From contig OY970340.1 in assembly GCA_963717465.1 (NCBI GenBank), forward strand, positions 1,120,001-1,184,000: a stretch of 64,000 nucleotides of DNA, read 5' to 3'. This DNA comes from Candidatus Bathyarchaeota archaeon. Its GTDB lineage: Archaea > Thermoproteota > Bathyarchaeia > Bathyarchaeales > Bathycorpusculaceae. Positions 19,082 to 30,286 of this stretch are shown here, one piece after another (position 1 is the stretch's first letter; the number at the start of each line of letters is the position of its first letter). The notes beneath the pieces are model-generated. The model searched no databases. It had not been told where the DNA came from and saw nothing but the letters and a program-made list of their open reading frames with translations. The translations under genes and the position numbers were made by a program.

Positions 19082-19399
19082 TTTCTCTCTTTCTCTCTCT
19101 GATTCTAACAAACTAACTCTCAGCCACACCGACACACGCTAACCACGACTGACTTTAAACCTCAACCGCTAACTGTCTCTTCTTATCACTCTTTCCCACG
19201 CATTATTTCGTTAGGTCGTTAGCTCGTTCGTTCCAGTTAGTTCCAGTTAGCTCGCTCAATAACTCGTTAGCTCGTTCGCCCGCGTGCCTAATGTCTTTCA
19301 GTCAGACTGTTTGTCACCGTCAGTCGGTCTGTCACACACACAAAGGTACTTGAAAAGATAGATAAGTCTTTTAAGCTATAATCTTGTGAAAGATAATCA

Positions 19400-22351
19400 A
19401 TGAGCTCAACCTCAGGACATTTAAGCGAGAATTCATGGAACTCTCGCCTTGCTAATTCTTTGCAAACGAAAGGCTTTCCGACAGCAGATTTTGAAAGAAT
19501 TTTGCCAACATTACGAGGAATAAGAAAACCTGATATACCATTTCAAAGTCCAGATGGTCTTTGTTTTGTTAGTGCTAAAATTGGTGCAAACAAAGAGGTT
19601 GATGCTGTAGCAAGTGCCTATGAATACCTTCAAAGCATAGGTGAAGTAAGCACGGTATCAGAAGCGTTTGCCTTAACTTATCCATCAGCAAACGAAAAAG
19701 AATTTCATCTTAGAGTTCTTGCTAACAATAAACACATGACTTTATCATGGATTTTCTCAAATTTTGAACAAGTAGTTGAAAAAATTTCAGTGGTAGTCAA
19801 AAACGATTGGGAAACCGCCCAAATTGGGAAAGAATCAACTATCACTTCTGCAATTCGTGTACTGAGAAATGGAGTAATCGGTTTATCATCAGCATTTACT
19901 AACACTTCACCTGAAGAATTTGAAGCTCTTTTTGGTGGAAAAGCTTTCTTCGAAAATGTACTTGGCTATGAAACAATAAAGAAAAATCAAGAGACAGATT
20001 TGAAATCGGCAGCAGCCTATCTCTTTGTAAACCAAATACTGTTTTACGAAATATTAAGCAGAGAAGCAGGTTTTGTCCCAATTGCAAAACAAGACCTAAC
20101 AAGACCTGCTTTTCTAAAACCAATATATTTTGATAAAGTTCTAAAGATCGACTACAAACCAATTTTCAATTTTGACATCGCCTCAAAAATTAGCGGAAAT
20201 GAAGCGGGGGATTCATGCAAACAAATTATCCTTGCAATTCGTACATTATTCCCTGCAAGAATAGACCATGATATTATTGGCAAAGTCTTTCATAATGTTA
20301 TTCCGTTGGAGATTCGTAAAGTTGTAGCTGCCTACTTTACAAATAACGCTGCAGGAGATTTACTTGCAAAATTGGCAGTTAAGTCTAAAGATGATAAAGT
20401 TTTTGACCCTGCATGCGGAAGCGGTACACTGCTTGTATCAGCTTATAAAAGAAAACTGGAATTAAGCCATAGCAAAATTACAAAAGAAATTCATGAAAAG
20501 TTCGTTGAACGTGAATTAACAGGAATAGACATAATGCCTTTTTCAGCTCATCTCGCTGCAGTAAATTTGGCTTTGCTGGGGCTACCAAATAATACTGATA
20601 ATCTTAGAATTGCGATTGATGATTCTACAAAACACAAAGTAGGCGATGAGATACCCCCAGCTCGAGAAGTTCTAAAAGATGCGTTTAAGTCAAGTCGAAT
20701 TTCAGATTATTTTCCTGATGTACCGACAGAAACGAGTCCCAATTCCACTACAAAAATGGGTGCGTTAGCACTTCAAGAAAAAGATGCCACGTCAATATTA
20801 CTTGAGAGCGTAGACTTGGTAATAATGAACCCTCCTTTCACAAGCAGTGACAACTTGCGTGGAGAATACAAGAATGAGTTAAGAAGGCGGTTCGCCTCAC
20901 CTTCCACCTATGCTAAATGTCTAACAGGAAAACTGAGTTTTCAAGCATACTTCATATTGTTAGCTGACAAGTTCCTTAAGAAAGATGGACGAATAGCATG
21001 TGTATTGCCTTTCAGCACTTTCGTAGGAAAAGCTTTCCATAAGATAGATGAATTTTTGGTTAGGAACTTTACAATTGAGTGCATAATATTTGGTTTAGGA
21101 CGATCAGCATTTTCAGACAACACTAATCTTTCTGAAGTGTTGTTTGTCGCAAAAAAAGCTAAACCACTTGAAAACAGGTTTGTGGTGATGGCTACAAAAA
21201 CTCCGCCTACCGAATGGTCAGATGAAAACGTGGTTTCAATACAAGAACAGATAGAAGAAAGTCAAAGTATAACTAAGATAAAAGAAACCAAACTTGCCTT
21301 GAGTCTTTCATTTAAACAGTCAGACTTGATTGGAAGAAAAGGCGGTTTGAATCAGCTTTCACTTGAATTTGATAGGCATTTCTCAGAAGCATTATCTTTT
21401 CTTCATGATTCTTACTCAAAAAGTGGCAAAGTCAGACAGTTTCATAATGTCGCAAAATCAGCTAAGTTTGAGCTATTTGCATATGAACTAAGAATTAAAG
21501 GCGGGAAGTACTATGGATTTTCAGCCTTGTCAATTTCTGCATCAGAAAGTAGAATGAAAAAGAACACAGATGTATTATTATATTTAGAGCAAAATGAAAG
21601 AAACATTAAAGCTAAGAACCGTTTTACGAATGAAATATACACGTATCCAAAGGCAGCAGTAGTTAAACAAGTTAGGAGAATTTCTGATATAGACCGCGTG
21701 AACATCTCAGAAGATAATGAATTTGTAGTAAGCAAATATTTTGATGATTTACCAAACATTCTAAAGTCAATTTACTCTGAGGAAAAGGCAAAAGATTTTG
21801 AGTATAAGATAAGACGTGAATGGAGAAAGAAAGTAGCTCATGGAATGTCAAGGTTTATTTTCACAAGGAAAATAGACCTTGCCGCCCGTGGAACATTTCT
21901 GCTCAGTTTGTATTCTGAAGAGCCTCGTTTTCTCTCCGCCGATAGTTGGGGAATTAGAAACATATCCGCTGATGATTCTAAGATACTGACATTATGGTTT
22001 AACAGCACTTTGTTTTTGGCTGAAATAATATCTAAGCGTACACAAACAAGAGGTAGCTGGGGCAGAATTGACGAGCATTACGTTTTTGAAATGAATTGTA
22101 TTGACCCTCTCAGAATAAGCGAGAAACAACGTATAATCCTATTAGAACTATTTGATACAATTGGCGATAAGACGTTTCCTTCATTGATAGAACAACTTAA
22201 AGATGGTTTTGAAACGAGAAGAAAACTTGATGCGGCATTTCTAACTATACTTGAAGTTAATGAAGAAAACCAAAAGAAGTTCCTTGACAGCCTTTATGAA
22301 ACAATGTATAACCGTTTAAGTGCTATGAAAGAAACAATGCAAGGCGATTAA
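19400..22351 (+). CDS. Fused restriction-modification protein (Type IIG-like N6-adenine methyltransferase with TRD)
   Basis: Motif I FDPACGSG, motif IV MNPPF, N-terminal KPDI...VSAK resembling a PD-(D/E)xK nuclease, long C-terminal TRD-like region. Confidence 0.8.
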   Translation: MSSTSGHLSENSWNSRLANSLQTKGFPTADFERILPTLRGIRKPDIPFQSPDGLCFVSAKIGANKEVDAVASAYEYLQSIGEVSTVSEAFALTYPSANEKEFHLRVLANNKHMTLSWIFSNFEQVVEKISVVVKNDWETAQIGKESTITSAIRVLRNGVIGLSSAFTNTSPEEFEALFGGKAFFENVLGYETIKKNQETDLKSAAAYLFVNQILFYEILSREAGFVPIAKQDLTRPAFLKPIYFDKVLKIDYKPIFNFDIASKISGNEAGDSCKQIILAIRTLFPARIDHDIIGKVFHNVIPLEIRKVVAAYFTNNAAGDLLAKLAVKSKDDKVFDPACGSGTLLVSAYKRKLELSHSKITKEIHEKFVERELTGIDIMPFSAHLAAVNLALLGLPNNTDNLRIAIDDSTKHKVGDEIPPAREVLKDAFKSSRISDYFPDVPTETSPNSTTKMGALALQEKDATSILLESVDLVIMNPPFTSSDNLRGEYKNELRRRFASPSTYAKCLTGKLSFQAYFILLADKFLKKDGRIACVLPFSTFVGKAFHKIDEFLVRNFTIECIIFGLGRSAFSDNTNLSEVLFVAKKAKPLENRFVVMATKTPPTEWSDENVVSIQEQIEESQSITKIKETKLALSLSFKQSDLIGRKGGLNQLSLEFDRHFSEALSFLHDSYSKSGKVRQFHNVAKSAKFELFAYELRIKGGKYYGFSALSISASESRMKKNTDVLLYLEQNERNIKAKNRFTNEIYTYPKAAVVKQVRRISDIDRVNISEDNEFVVSKYFDDLPNILKSIYSEEKAKDFEYKIRREWRKKVAHGMSRFIFTRKIDLAARGTFLLSLYSEEPRFLSADSWGIRNISADDSKILTLWFNSTLFLAEIISKRTQTRGSWGRIDEHYVFEMNCIDPLRISEKQRIILLELFDTIGDKTFPSLIEQLKDGFETRRKLDAAFLTILEVNEENQKKFLDSLYETMYNRLSAMKETMQGD

Positions 22352-22383
22352 CGTTTCTTCCTTCATATCTCGGGATTTTGCAG

Positions 22384-22563
22384 CTAATTGAGCGTAGAAA
22401 TTCTTGGATTCCAGTCCTTGCGTTCACTTCTCAGATACTTAGCAAACAGATAAGCCTCTTCACTAATCAATGTATCAATAGTTTGTCTAATGCCAACCTT
22501 GATTCTTTCAACGTTAACTGTGCGGTCAAAGAATGCGTTTAAGTCTTCAGCTAAACTGTCAGT
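22384..22563 (-). pseudogene. cas1: C-terminal remnant of a solo Cas1 (casposase-like) gene
   Basis: Manual translation: TDSLAEDLNAFFDRTVNVERIKVGIRQTIDTLISEEAYLFAKYLRSERKDWNPRISTLN*; no start, in-frame TAA upstream; recognised from memory of archaeal solo Cas1 C-termini. Confidence 0.6.
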
Positions 22564-22590
22564 TTATGCCTCCTCTTAACGTAGCAAGAG

Positions 22591-23182
22591 CACTCGCTGC
22601 CTGATCTTTGTGCTTCGTTTTACCTAAAACCCTTTCTCTAGAGAAACTTTACCTCGCGGGCGATTTAAAGAACGACACGTAACGATCATTTTTCGTTACA
22701 TAGTGTTTTAGTCTTTTACTAGATTTAATACTAACCATTTCCAGTTTCTCTTAAACCCGATAATCTTTTTTCCTTAATTTTTTCTGGATTAGCTCGAGCG
22801 AAAGTATTTCTTAGGACGCACAAATTGTTATACTGAATTCGCATCATCTATTGAAATCGAAACAGATAGACTGGGATTGTAAGAGTTGTTGTCAAGAGAT
22901 TGTGATGGTTGCTCACAGCACAAGGCGTGTAGTCGGCGCTACAGAAAAGTGCAGAGTGGCGAAAAAGTCTACTGCCCAGACGGATCAGTGCATCTAGTGG
23001 ATAACGCGTCTGAAATCCAAACAATTGAATTGCAAATTGCAGATTTATTAGAAAAGTATCCGCAAGCGCGTTTTAAAGTGCCATGACGCGTTATTCTTCT
23101 TAGTGGGTGCTCTCTTACTGTTGCAAACACTCGCTGTGTGAGTTATGCCCAGTTTTACCTAAAACCTCTTCTCTAGAGAAAA
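22591..23182 (+). repeat. Pair of ~55 bp imperfect direct repeats (22591-22646 and 23128-23182) ending in the palindrome TTCTCTAGAGAA
   Basis: CACTCGCTG...GTTTTACCTAAAACC..TTCTCTAGAGAAA at both positions. Confidence 0.7.
22886..23086 (+). CDS. Small Cys-rich hypothetical protein
   Basis: CDGC...C...YCPDG..HLVD. Confidence 0.55.
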   Translation: MLSRDCDGCSQHKACSRRYRKVQSGEKVYCPDGSVHLVDNASEIQTIELQIADLLEKYPQARFKVP

Positions 23183-23638
23183 TTCCTTTGTTTGCTTCCT
23201 CCGTAGCGAGCACACACAGTTTTAAGCGTAGTGAATGGACGGAAATATGCTAGCGGAAGACTATTCGATATGTTAAAAAATCGGACAATGGTTCATTGTT
23301 TTTTCTGATTCCGAGCCTAGATTTCTATTGGCATTTTAAAAAAAACAAAGGAATTGCCTTGATTTTTTGATTCTGTTTGTTTTTCAAAGACTTCGGAACA
23401 AAGTTGCTCGAAGCTCTACAAGCTACATTGTTCCGATTGCACGGGTATATGCCTTATATCTGCTGCTGCATCTTGTCTATGACCGGGATGCAACACTAGT
23501 TTTAACCTTTTTCCGGACGTACGGGAAAATCTGACCTGTGTGCACCCATTCCCCTATGTCCTTCTGTCCTCCCTTCCTGTGCCTCTATCTCTGTTTGTTC
23601 ATATGTGCGTCATAGTTTCGACTCGGACGGCGAGAGAG

Positions 23639-23657
23639 AGGATTAAATTTTAATCCT
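23639..23657. repeat. Palindromic motif, copy 2
   Basis: AGGATTAAATTTTAATCCT preceded by a GA tract. Confidence 0.7.
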
Positions 23658-23703
23658 ACGTGTATTAATTTTTTGTCCGAAAAAGTTTAACACACCTCTT
23701 GTA

Positions 23704-24096
23704 TCAATTCTTTAAAATGCTATTTTCATCAATAATCGCGATTGATATTCTCTTTCCTTTCTCTCTTCTAGCGTAATCGAATGCGAAATTCATCAGCTCT
23801 TTTCCGTGACCTTTGTGTCTATGTTCAGGGAGAACGGCTAATCTCTCCATATAGTAAAGTGCATCACTTGCTTTTTCTATGGCCACAAAACCAATTTGCT
23901 TGTTATTTTGAAAAAGCCCAAAAAGCTTTACTCCTTTTTCTTTTGATGCTTTTAGTTTCTCAAAAGTGATAAAAGCGGGATTCGTAGAGCAATTTTCTTC
24001 GTTGATATTGAACTCTTTTGCTACTGTGATAAAGGAGCCTTTTATAACCTTTATACTATCTTCCATTTCACTGTCATTGGTGATTTCTTTAATCAT
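23704..24096 (-). pseudogene. GNAT acetyltransferase, C-terminally truncated
   Basis: YYMERLAVLPEHRHKGHG motif; ends ENSILKN*YKR where the family has a conserved W (LKNWY); the frame is lost just before the 23639 palindrome. Confidence 0.7.
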
Positions 24097-24260
24097 GTTT
24101 ATTTCGTCCGTGATATCTAAAACTTAAATGCAAATCAACGGATACAGTTGCGGAACCTTCGTTCATTTCAAATGTATTTATTCAATCGAAAAAAGGATGT
24201 ATATAAAACTCGTCATTACGTAGTGAAAACACTGTCGAAGCGCGCCGTGCAAGACAGGAG

Positions 24261-25329
24261 TCAACTTCCTGATCGGAACAGGACAATCTCATGTAGAGCT
24301 GTTCCATTTTCCTTGTTGGTAATCCCGTTGCGAGTCACATCTATCTCGAAATTCGATTCGAGCCTGAAATATCCCGGATGTAGACGCAACAAGTGTCTTG
24401 CTATGAACCTGAGCGGCATACTGAAGTTTTCGAGCATATCCTGGCTCTCAAGAATCTTTCTCACATCGAGGCTCATCTCAAGCTCGCTCGGGACCGAGAT
24501 TGTTATCCTCCTAGGATAGCTGTGCTTAGCCCTTGGGTTATACTCATAGTTCTCCTTTCCGAATTCGAACTCCCCTGTGCTGAGCACCACATCTCTCCCG
24601 TCGGCCATCATTAAGACCTTAACCGCATGGTTGCCCACCTTGCCATTGCACTGAATGAAAGCATAGGACACGGTGTAATGCTGCGAATAGATCCGTCCCC
24701 ACATCCAATAGTCGATGATGCTCTGGAAGGGGAAATCTAACCAGTTGTGATCGTGATAACCAACGCCCTTGACCTGAAAAACACGATCCCCATCGGCGAT
24801 TGTTCCTTCAACTGAAGCTCTTGCAAAGGGGACCACCCAGGCAAAAGTGCCCATCTTCCCGAACTGAGAAACACCAGTTCCAGGTTTCCAACCGTTCACC
24901 TCGGCCTTGAAAGTCAGATGGCAACCTATGTCCTGTTCCTTCACATGAACCTCGTAGATGGGCAGCTCCCCCTGTGATTGCTTGGCTTTCAGATAATTCT
25001 CTCCAATCTTGACATCTGCCCCTGCACTGGAGGCGGCAAAGTCCGATTTACTGCATGGCACGAACCTTTGGGTCTTCCTGCCATCCGGTCTTAGGAGAAC
25101 GATCTCGACGCCGGGCTTTCCTCCTGCCCCTGGATTGGGGTTCGCTGCGTAGAAGAATACTACGATAGTTTCGCCAGTTTCCATATGCGCGTCGAAGTAC
25201 CACCACTCATACATTCCCTTTCCTATGCATGTCTATGTGGATGCCGTCTTCTTCAGGTGCGAGCGGTCTTACGACTGCATCACGTCTGCCAGGTCCGGTC
25301 CACCCTTCTTTGACCAAAGGTCCACTCAT
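24261..25329 (-). CDS. CrtC/hydroxyneurosporene synthase / AttH-like lipocalin-fold protein (frameshift near 25217)
   Basis: YEWWYFD, GYHDHNW and WMWGR motifs; upstream frame MSGPLVKEGW...PEEDGIH joins after removing one base. Confidence 0.7.
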
Positions 25330-25330
25330 G

Positions 25331-27039
25331 CTATCGACCCTCCTCAGGTTCAGAATAGAAGAAGGGATCCGACGCGGTGTTTGGATCCAACGCCTTCTTT
25401 ATCTTGCTCATGTACTTGGGATAGTCTCGGCAAGCTGGGCCGAAACGCTTGTTCATTTCACAACCGAACCCAGCGATCGGGATCCCCATGGCCTCCTCGA
25501 CTGCCGCTTTGCATCCATCCTCGATGATCTCCCCGGAAGCCCTTACCGCCTCGGGATTTCCAGAAGCGTACATGAAGATGCCTTCAATATATCCAAGGTG
25601 AGAGTTCTCGAAGGTGCCTCCGCATCCCAAGTCACCGCCATCGTCAAGGAAAGTCCCCTTTTCGATATACTTCTTCTTCGCCAAGCTATCCATTCCCCTT
25701 GCTTGATACCCAGATCCCAAGTATCGAACGAGCCCAACATCGTCGACATCCCTTGGGAGGGACGAAAGGTCGCTTGCGTGTTGACCGCATTTCTGATCAT
25801 CAGCCAGAATAACCGGGATTCTATCTGCAACTTCTGACGCCTTCCTACCGGAATGCTGTGAATTAGGTCCTGCAGGCGAGGGAGGCGACGAAGGACAGTA
25901 AACGGGTCCCCGACGTGTTTCAGTATGGGCTTCATGATTCGGAACATTCGAGGGGTCATCTTGATGTTCATGGGCACCTTCACCCCGCCCGTCTCCCTCA
26001 TGATCTGCTTCATCGCGGCCGTTTTCCACTTGAATTCGCCATCCGAGTAGCCAATGACTGCATTGACCAGCACGTGGTGCATCGCTTTGTCAAAGAAACC
26101 GCTTTCCATAGCAACCTTAAGCTCTTCATTGTTCTCGGTCATTCCCAGAGCTGAGAGGAACAGTGGCGTACGGAAGCAGGCGTATTCTATCTCAGCCTCG
26201 CCGAGCTTGTAGCCAGCATCTGCCATGGCCTCCGCATTTGGGAATGCATGCACGTTCAGCGACATTCTTTCAGGTAATTCATCAAGAATGTAGACGGGCG
26301 ATTTTCCGTGGAGCTTCCATTGCGCGGGTCCATTCCACTTGTAGAGTTTCACCGCGCACTTTGTGAACACGCCGAGCCCTCCGAAAGTCCCCTGAAAGCC
26401 ACGCATGATGCCGCGCAGCGAGGGGCCAGGACCGTCGGCTGTGAACCAGCCTGTGCCGACGCCTCCGCTGCCAAGGGTCAGGACCTCGCCGGTGGGCAGC
26501 ACCCATTCCACACCGAGCAGATTACGACCGCTGTAACTGGTCGCAGGTCCGCTCATGCCGTATCCCCAGGCGGCCGCAGTGGACGCCAGAATGGAATGAT
26601 TGGAACCTGCGGAGACCGTGTGAACCGTCAGCCCCAGCTTGAAGATCTCCGTCTGCAGGTCGATTGCACGGACGTAGGGTTCCACAATCGCGATTTGGTT
26701 CTTAGCATCGATATCAATGATTCTGTTCATACGCTTGAGATCGAGGATTATCACCCGGTCCCTTGAGGCAGCGCATACTGCGTGGAACCCTGTCGAAAGC
26801 GGCTTTGCCATGAGGTGGTTCTTGTTGCAGAACCGCATGATCCCTTGGATTTCTTGTGTGCTCTTGGGTAGCGCAACGGCGACTGGACGAGGGAGCCATT
26901 TCGACCCGTCCTTCACGACGGTCTCTGGATTCATATAGAACGAGTACGTGTCCAGCATGCAGGGGGAGGTCGATACCCACTCCCGACCGACGATGCCCTG
27001 AAGTTCTTTAGTCTCTTCCTCGGTGATCGAAGACAGCAC
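25331..27039 (-). CDS. FAD-binding oxidoreductase (GlcD / VAO-PCMH family), frameshift near 25680
   Basis: PVAVALPKSTQEIQGI, LDLKRMNRI, LLGVEWVLPTGEV, GGLGVFTK; C-terminus KIKKALDPN in the shifted frame. Confidence 0.8.
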
Positions 27040-27074
27040 CTTCCTAGTAGTTCGAATCTGCGTAGTTGATCATC

Positions 27075-28550
27075 TCATAGCCCCCACTTGCCTCGGTTCA
27101 ACACCCTGTTAGGATCGAATATTTCCTTCATCTTCTTTAGCACCTCATAGCTTAGCGGATTTTGACCGAACACCACGTCGCCGGCTGATCCGTATGGCCT
27201 GCTGAAGAATGCCCCCTTCCGAGCTAGTTTGGTCACCGCTTCCTTCTCGAGCCCGCGCATCAGCTCAACGTCGTTTGGCTTTGCGGGGTCGAAAGGGCAC
27301 ATGAGTTCCACGTGGCAGGCATGATTCTGAATGATGGGTTGTATGTATACTCCAACTGACTCCTTAAAGGCGTTTGCGCCCGCTAGGTCGATGAAGATAT
27401 CTACGAGTTCAGGCGCTCTATCGAGGGTCGTCAGGAAGAACAGGGAAAGGCAATGGCCTTTCAGTCGGTAACGCCAGTCAGTTTCGCCGCACGGACGCGT
27501 AGCCATATCCAGCAGAACCTCTGCTTGAATACTTCCCTGAGATGTCGTCATGATGAACTTGTTCTCATTGGCGATGGATTCTATGTCCCTACACTGGTAG
27601 TCGACCCTTGACTTGGGCATCCTTTCAAATCCCGCGACGTTCACCAGGCAGACATGACTGGGAAGTGAGTTTCGTATCGATTCGAATTGTCCTCCGCCCT
27701 GCGCGCTTACGAGCATAGCCGCTGCGGTGCGGTTAAGAACAAAGGAATGCTCCCCCAACCATTGCCTTTGCACGTCGTAGATGAAGGGGATCAACGCCTG
27801 GAGGGAATCGGCACCGAGGAGGAAAGGATGCTCAAGGGTCGGTTTAAGCTCCGTGCGCATCGTAATCCATGTCACTACGCCCATGGTGCCTTGGGAACCT
27901 TGGATAACACGGTGAAAGTCCGTTTGGGATGGGCCTTGAGAGGATTTCTGGGCACCACCCATAGCACGCTGCTGCTCGAGAGTCCCGGGACCTCCTGCCG
28001 CGCCAGTGCGGAAAATCTCTCCGTTTCCGAAAATGAACTCCGTGCTGCCTACTGGGTCGCTGATGTCCCATTGTCTATTTGGCCATGTGGTGGGTTCTCT
28101 GTCCATCACTGATGCGACGACGCTCTTGCTGGTACGAGGTGCGAGGGGCATTGGGATGGTCATTCCATGGGGCTCAAGGGCTTTTAGCAATTCTCCGTAG
28201 GTTACGCCTGGCTCAATCTGGCAGACACGGTTTCGCCTGCTGATCCAAGGGATCTGCTTCCAATTGGACAGGTCTATCAAGATGTTTTCTTCCTTTGCCG
28301 CGAAGCCGCCCTTGCCATGGGCGCCCGTTGATGAGGACACTGTTAGATTTAGGCCGATTTGGTTGGCAAGCCGCATTAAACCCTGCAATTCGTCTACTGT
28401 GGAAGGGCGGAGCACATGGGAAGGCTTCACTGTCGAGTCTATGATAGGATTCGATTGGCTAAAAGCGCCGATGTCCGCGGGGTCACTGCTGACGGTTCCC
28501 TGATGCATAACCAAGCGCAGTCGCTCTTCAAGTTCAATACTTGCGATCAC
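27075..28550 (-). CDS. FAD-binding oxidoreductase (GlcD-like)
   Basis: LRPSTVDELQ, IEPGVTYGEL, GSQGTMGVVT, KMKEIFDPNRVLNRG. Confidence 0.85.
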   Translation of the reverse strand: MIASIELEERLRLVMHQGTVSSDPADIGAFSQSNPIIDSTVKPSHVLRPSTVDELQGLMRLANQIGLNLTVSSSTGAHGKGGFAAKEENILIDLSNWKQIPWISRRNRVCQIEPGVTYGELLKALEPHGMTIPMPLAPRTSKSVVASVMDREPTTWPNRQWDISDPVGSTEFIFGNGEIFRTGAAGGPGTLEQQRAMGGAQKSSQGPSQTDFHRVIQGSQGTMGVVTWITMRTELKPTLEHPFLLGADSLQALIPFIYDVQRQWLGEHSFVLNRTAAAMLVSAQGGGQFESIRNSLPSHVCLVNVAGFERMPKSRVDYQCRDIESIANENKFIMTTSQGSIQAEVLLDMATRPCGETDWRYRLKGHCLSLFFLTTLDRAPELVDIFIDLAGANAFKESVGVYIQPIIQNHACHVELMCPFDPAKPNDVELMRGLEKEAVTKLARKGAFFSRPYGSAGDVVFGQNPLSYEVLKKMKEIFDPNRVLNRGKWGL

Positions 28551-29867
28551 ATTCGCTCACCTCGATCAGTTTCCGCGGCCTCGTAAACAAGATCGACAAT
28601 GTCGACAACTGGAAGTAGTGGTTTTTCTAAGGATTGTTGGCTCTTGGACAGGTTTCGCTCTGCAGTGATGACACGCTGTAACCAGACACTCAGCTCCCAC
28701 ATCCACTGCTTCTTCTAGTCGGTCAAGAGCTGTTGAGCGCGCTAGGTCCGGATATGCCGATGGGACCCCGCCGCCTCCTCCGCAACAATACGAGTACTCA
28801 CGGATGCGATGCATCTCGATGAAATCGATTCCTTTGATCGCACGCAGAATCTGACGCGGTGGTTCATAGACGCCATTCACTCCTCGGTTGATTTCTTTGG
28901 GAGGTTCGGTGTAGGTCATGCAACCCCGGGTGACTTTCTGCTCACCCTTCCATCTGAGAGGCGGTTCGCTCTGACGCCCAAGGTAACATGGATCATGATA
29001 GGTTACTTTTCGTCTGATGGGGTTACGCAAGCGCAGGCGATTATCAGCTATCAATTGCGCTAAGAATTCAGTAATGTGCAGGACCTTGGCCTTTGGCGCC
29101 CTCGCGTATTCAGGATACTTGGAACGTAGGGCTCCTAGGCACGACCCAGAAAGAACAATAACCGTCTTGATTTCCATATTGTCGAGCATGTCCACCAGAT
29201 GGTTTGCTATGTTTGCAAAAACATCCCTGTGTCCTGTCCAGTAAGCCGGCAGCCCGCAGCATGTTTCATTCTCTCGCAGGATTCCGAAGTCCACTCTCGC
29301 TTGCTTCAGCAAGATAGCGCATTTTCGGGCCACTTCTGTGGCTCCTGGGTCACATTGCATGCAGCCCGTAAACAGGAGAATCGGCGCCTTTTGATCTGGT
29401 AATATCTTCAATCCCAGATCTTTTACCCAACTTAGATCTCGATTCCCTGATTTTCCCTCTGGATTTCCATATTCTTGGAGATTCTTTATCATGGACCGAT
29501 GGGCAGGCAAAGCAAATCCTTTGTCCACAATGTGCTCTCTGAGCGCCATGTTTATCGCGTGGCGTTCCGCGTCCATGATGAATTTGCAGGAAACGTCACA
29601 GAGTCCGCATGTAGTGCAGGCGAATGTGATATCAGCAAGCGCTTGATCAACCTGAATGCGACCATTGACCAACGAGAGTGCCATGATGCTCTTGCCTGAA
29701 CCAGAGTACCCATGGAAATGGTACAGGTGGCTGGCCGGGCAACCATCAGCATATTTCGGGTTCGTTACCGTTGGTAGTGGCACCATCTTGCAGAGAGAGC
29801 ATCTGAAGCACTTCTGCATCTCTGGTTCCAGATCTCTAAGTCTAGGCAAGGACATTACATTGAACAC
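28547..29867 (-). CDS. (Fe-S)-binding oxidoreductase, GlcF/HdrD-like with CCG domains (+1 frameshift near 28655)
   Basis: CFRCSLC, CTTCGLC, ETCCG, YHDPCYLGR, CCGGGGG; removing one A restores the C-terminus LPVVDIVDLVYEA with an ATGTGA overlap to the next gene. Confidence 0.85.
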
Positions 29868-30286
29868 TCCTCAATTAATGAGCGACTGACGCCTAAAAGG
29901 ATATTGCGTGCTGGCTTGTCCCGAAATTATAGGTTTATTTTGGAGTTCAAGCAAGGTAAGTTTGAAATGTCGCAAGTACATTCTATTGTGTCTATAAGTG
30001 GCGGAAGAAATGACAAAAGCCAAGTTTGAAATACGTGAGACTGAAAAACATACAATTATTGTTAATGCGAGCGCGCTTCTAAAATACATCAAGATAGGAG
30101 TGGATGGCGAAAAAGTCGTTAATGAAGCAAACTTTCAGCCATTGCCAAAGAAGTTCCAGTTGGATGTGGGAAATTCCGAAAAGATCATTTGGAAATCAGT
30201 GCTGGACCGTTCTCGCCTATCAAACTATTCGTGGACGAAAAAGTAGCTCAAAAAAACTGAAACTGCATCGCTAGCGCGGACTAAAA

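Noticed and set aside
23704..23706. Recoded TGA in the GNAT gene
   Set aside because: It sits at a Trp position (TGG>TGA) and family similarity is lost three codons later, so this is a truncated pseudogene.
24148..29889. Many plus-strand and alternate-frame ORFs over the GC-rich block
   Set aside because: They are shadows of the minus-strand genes, expected in GC-rich DNA, with no recognisable motifs.
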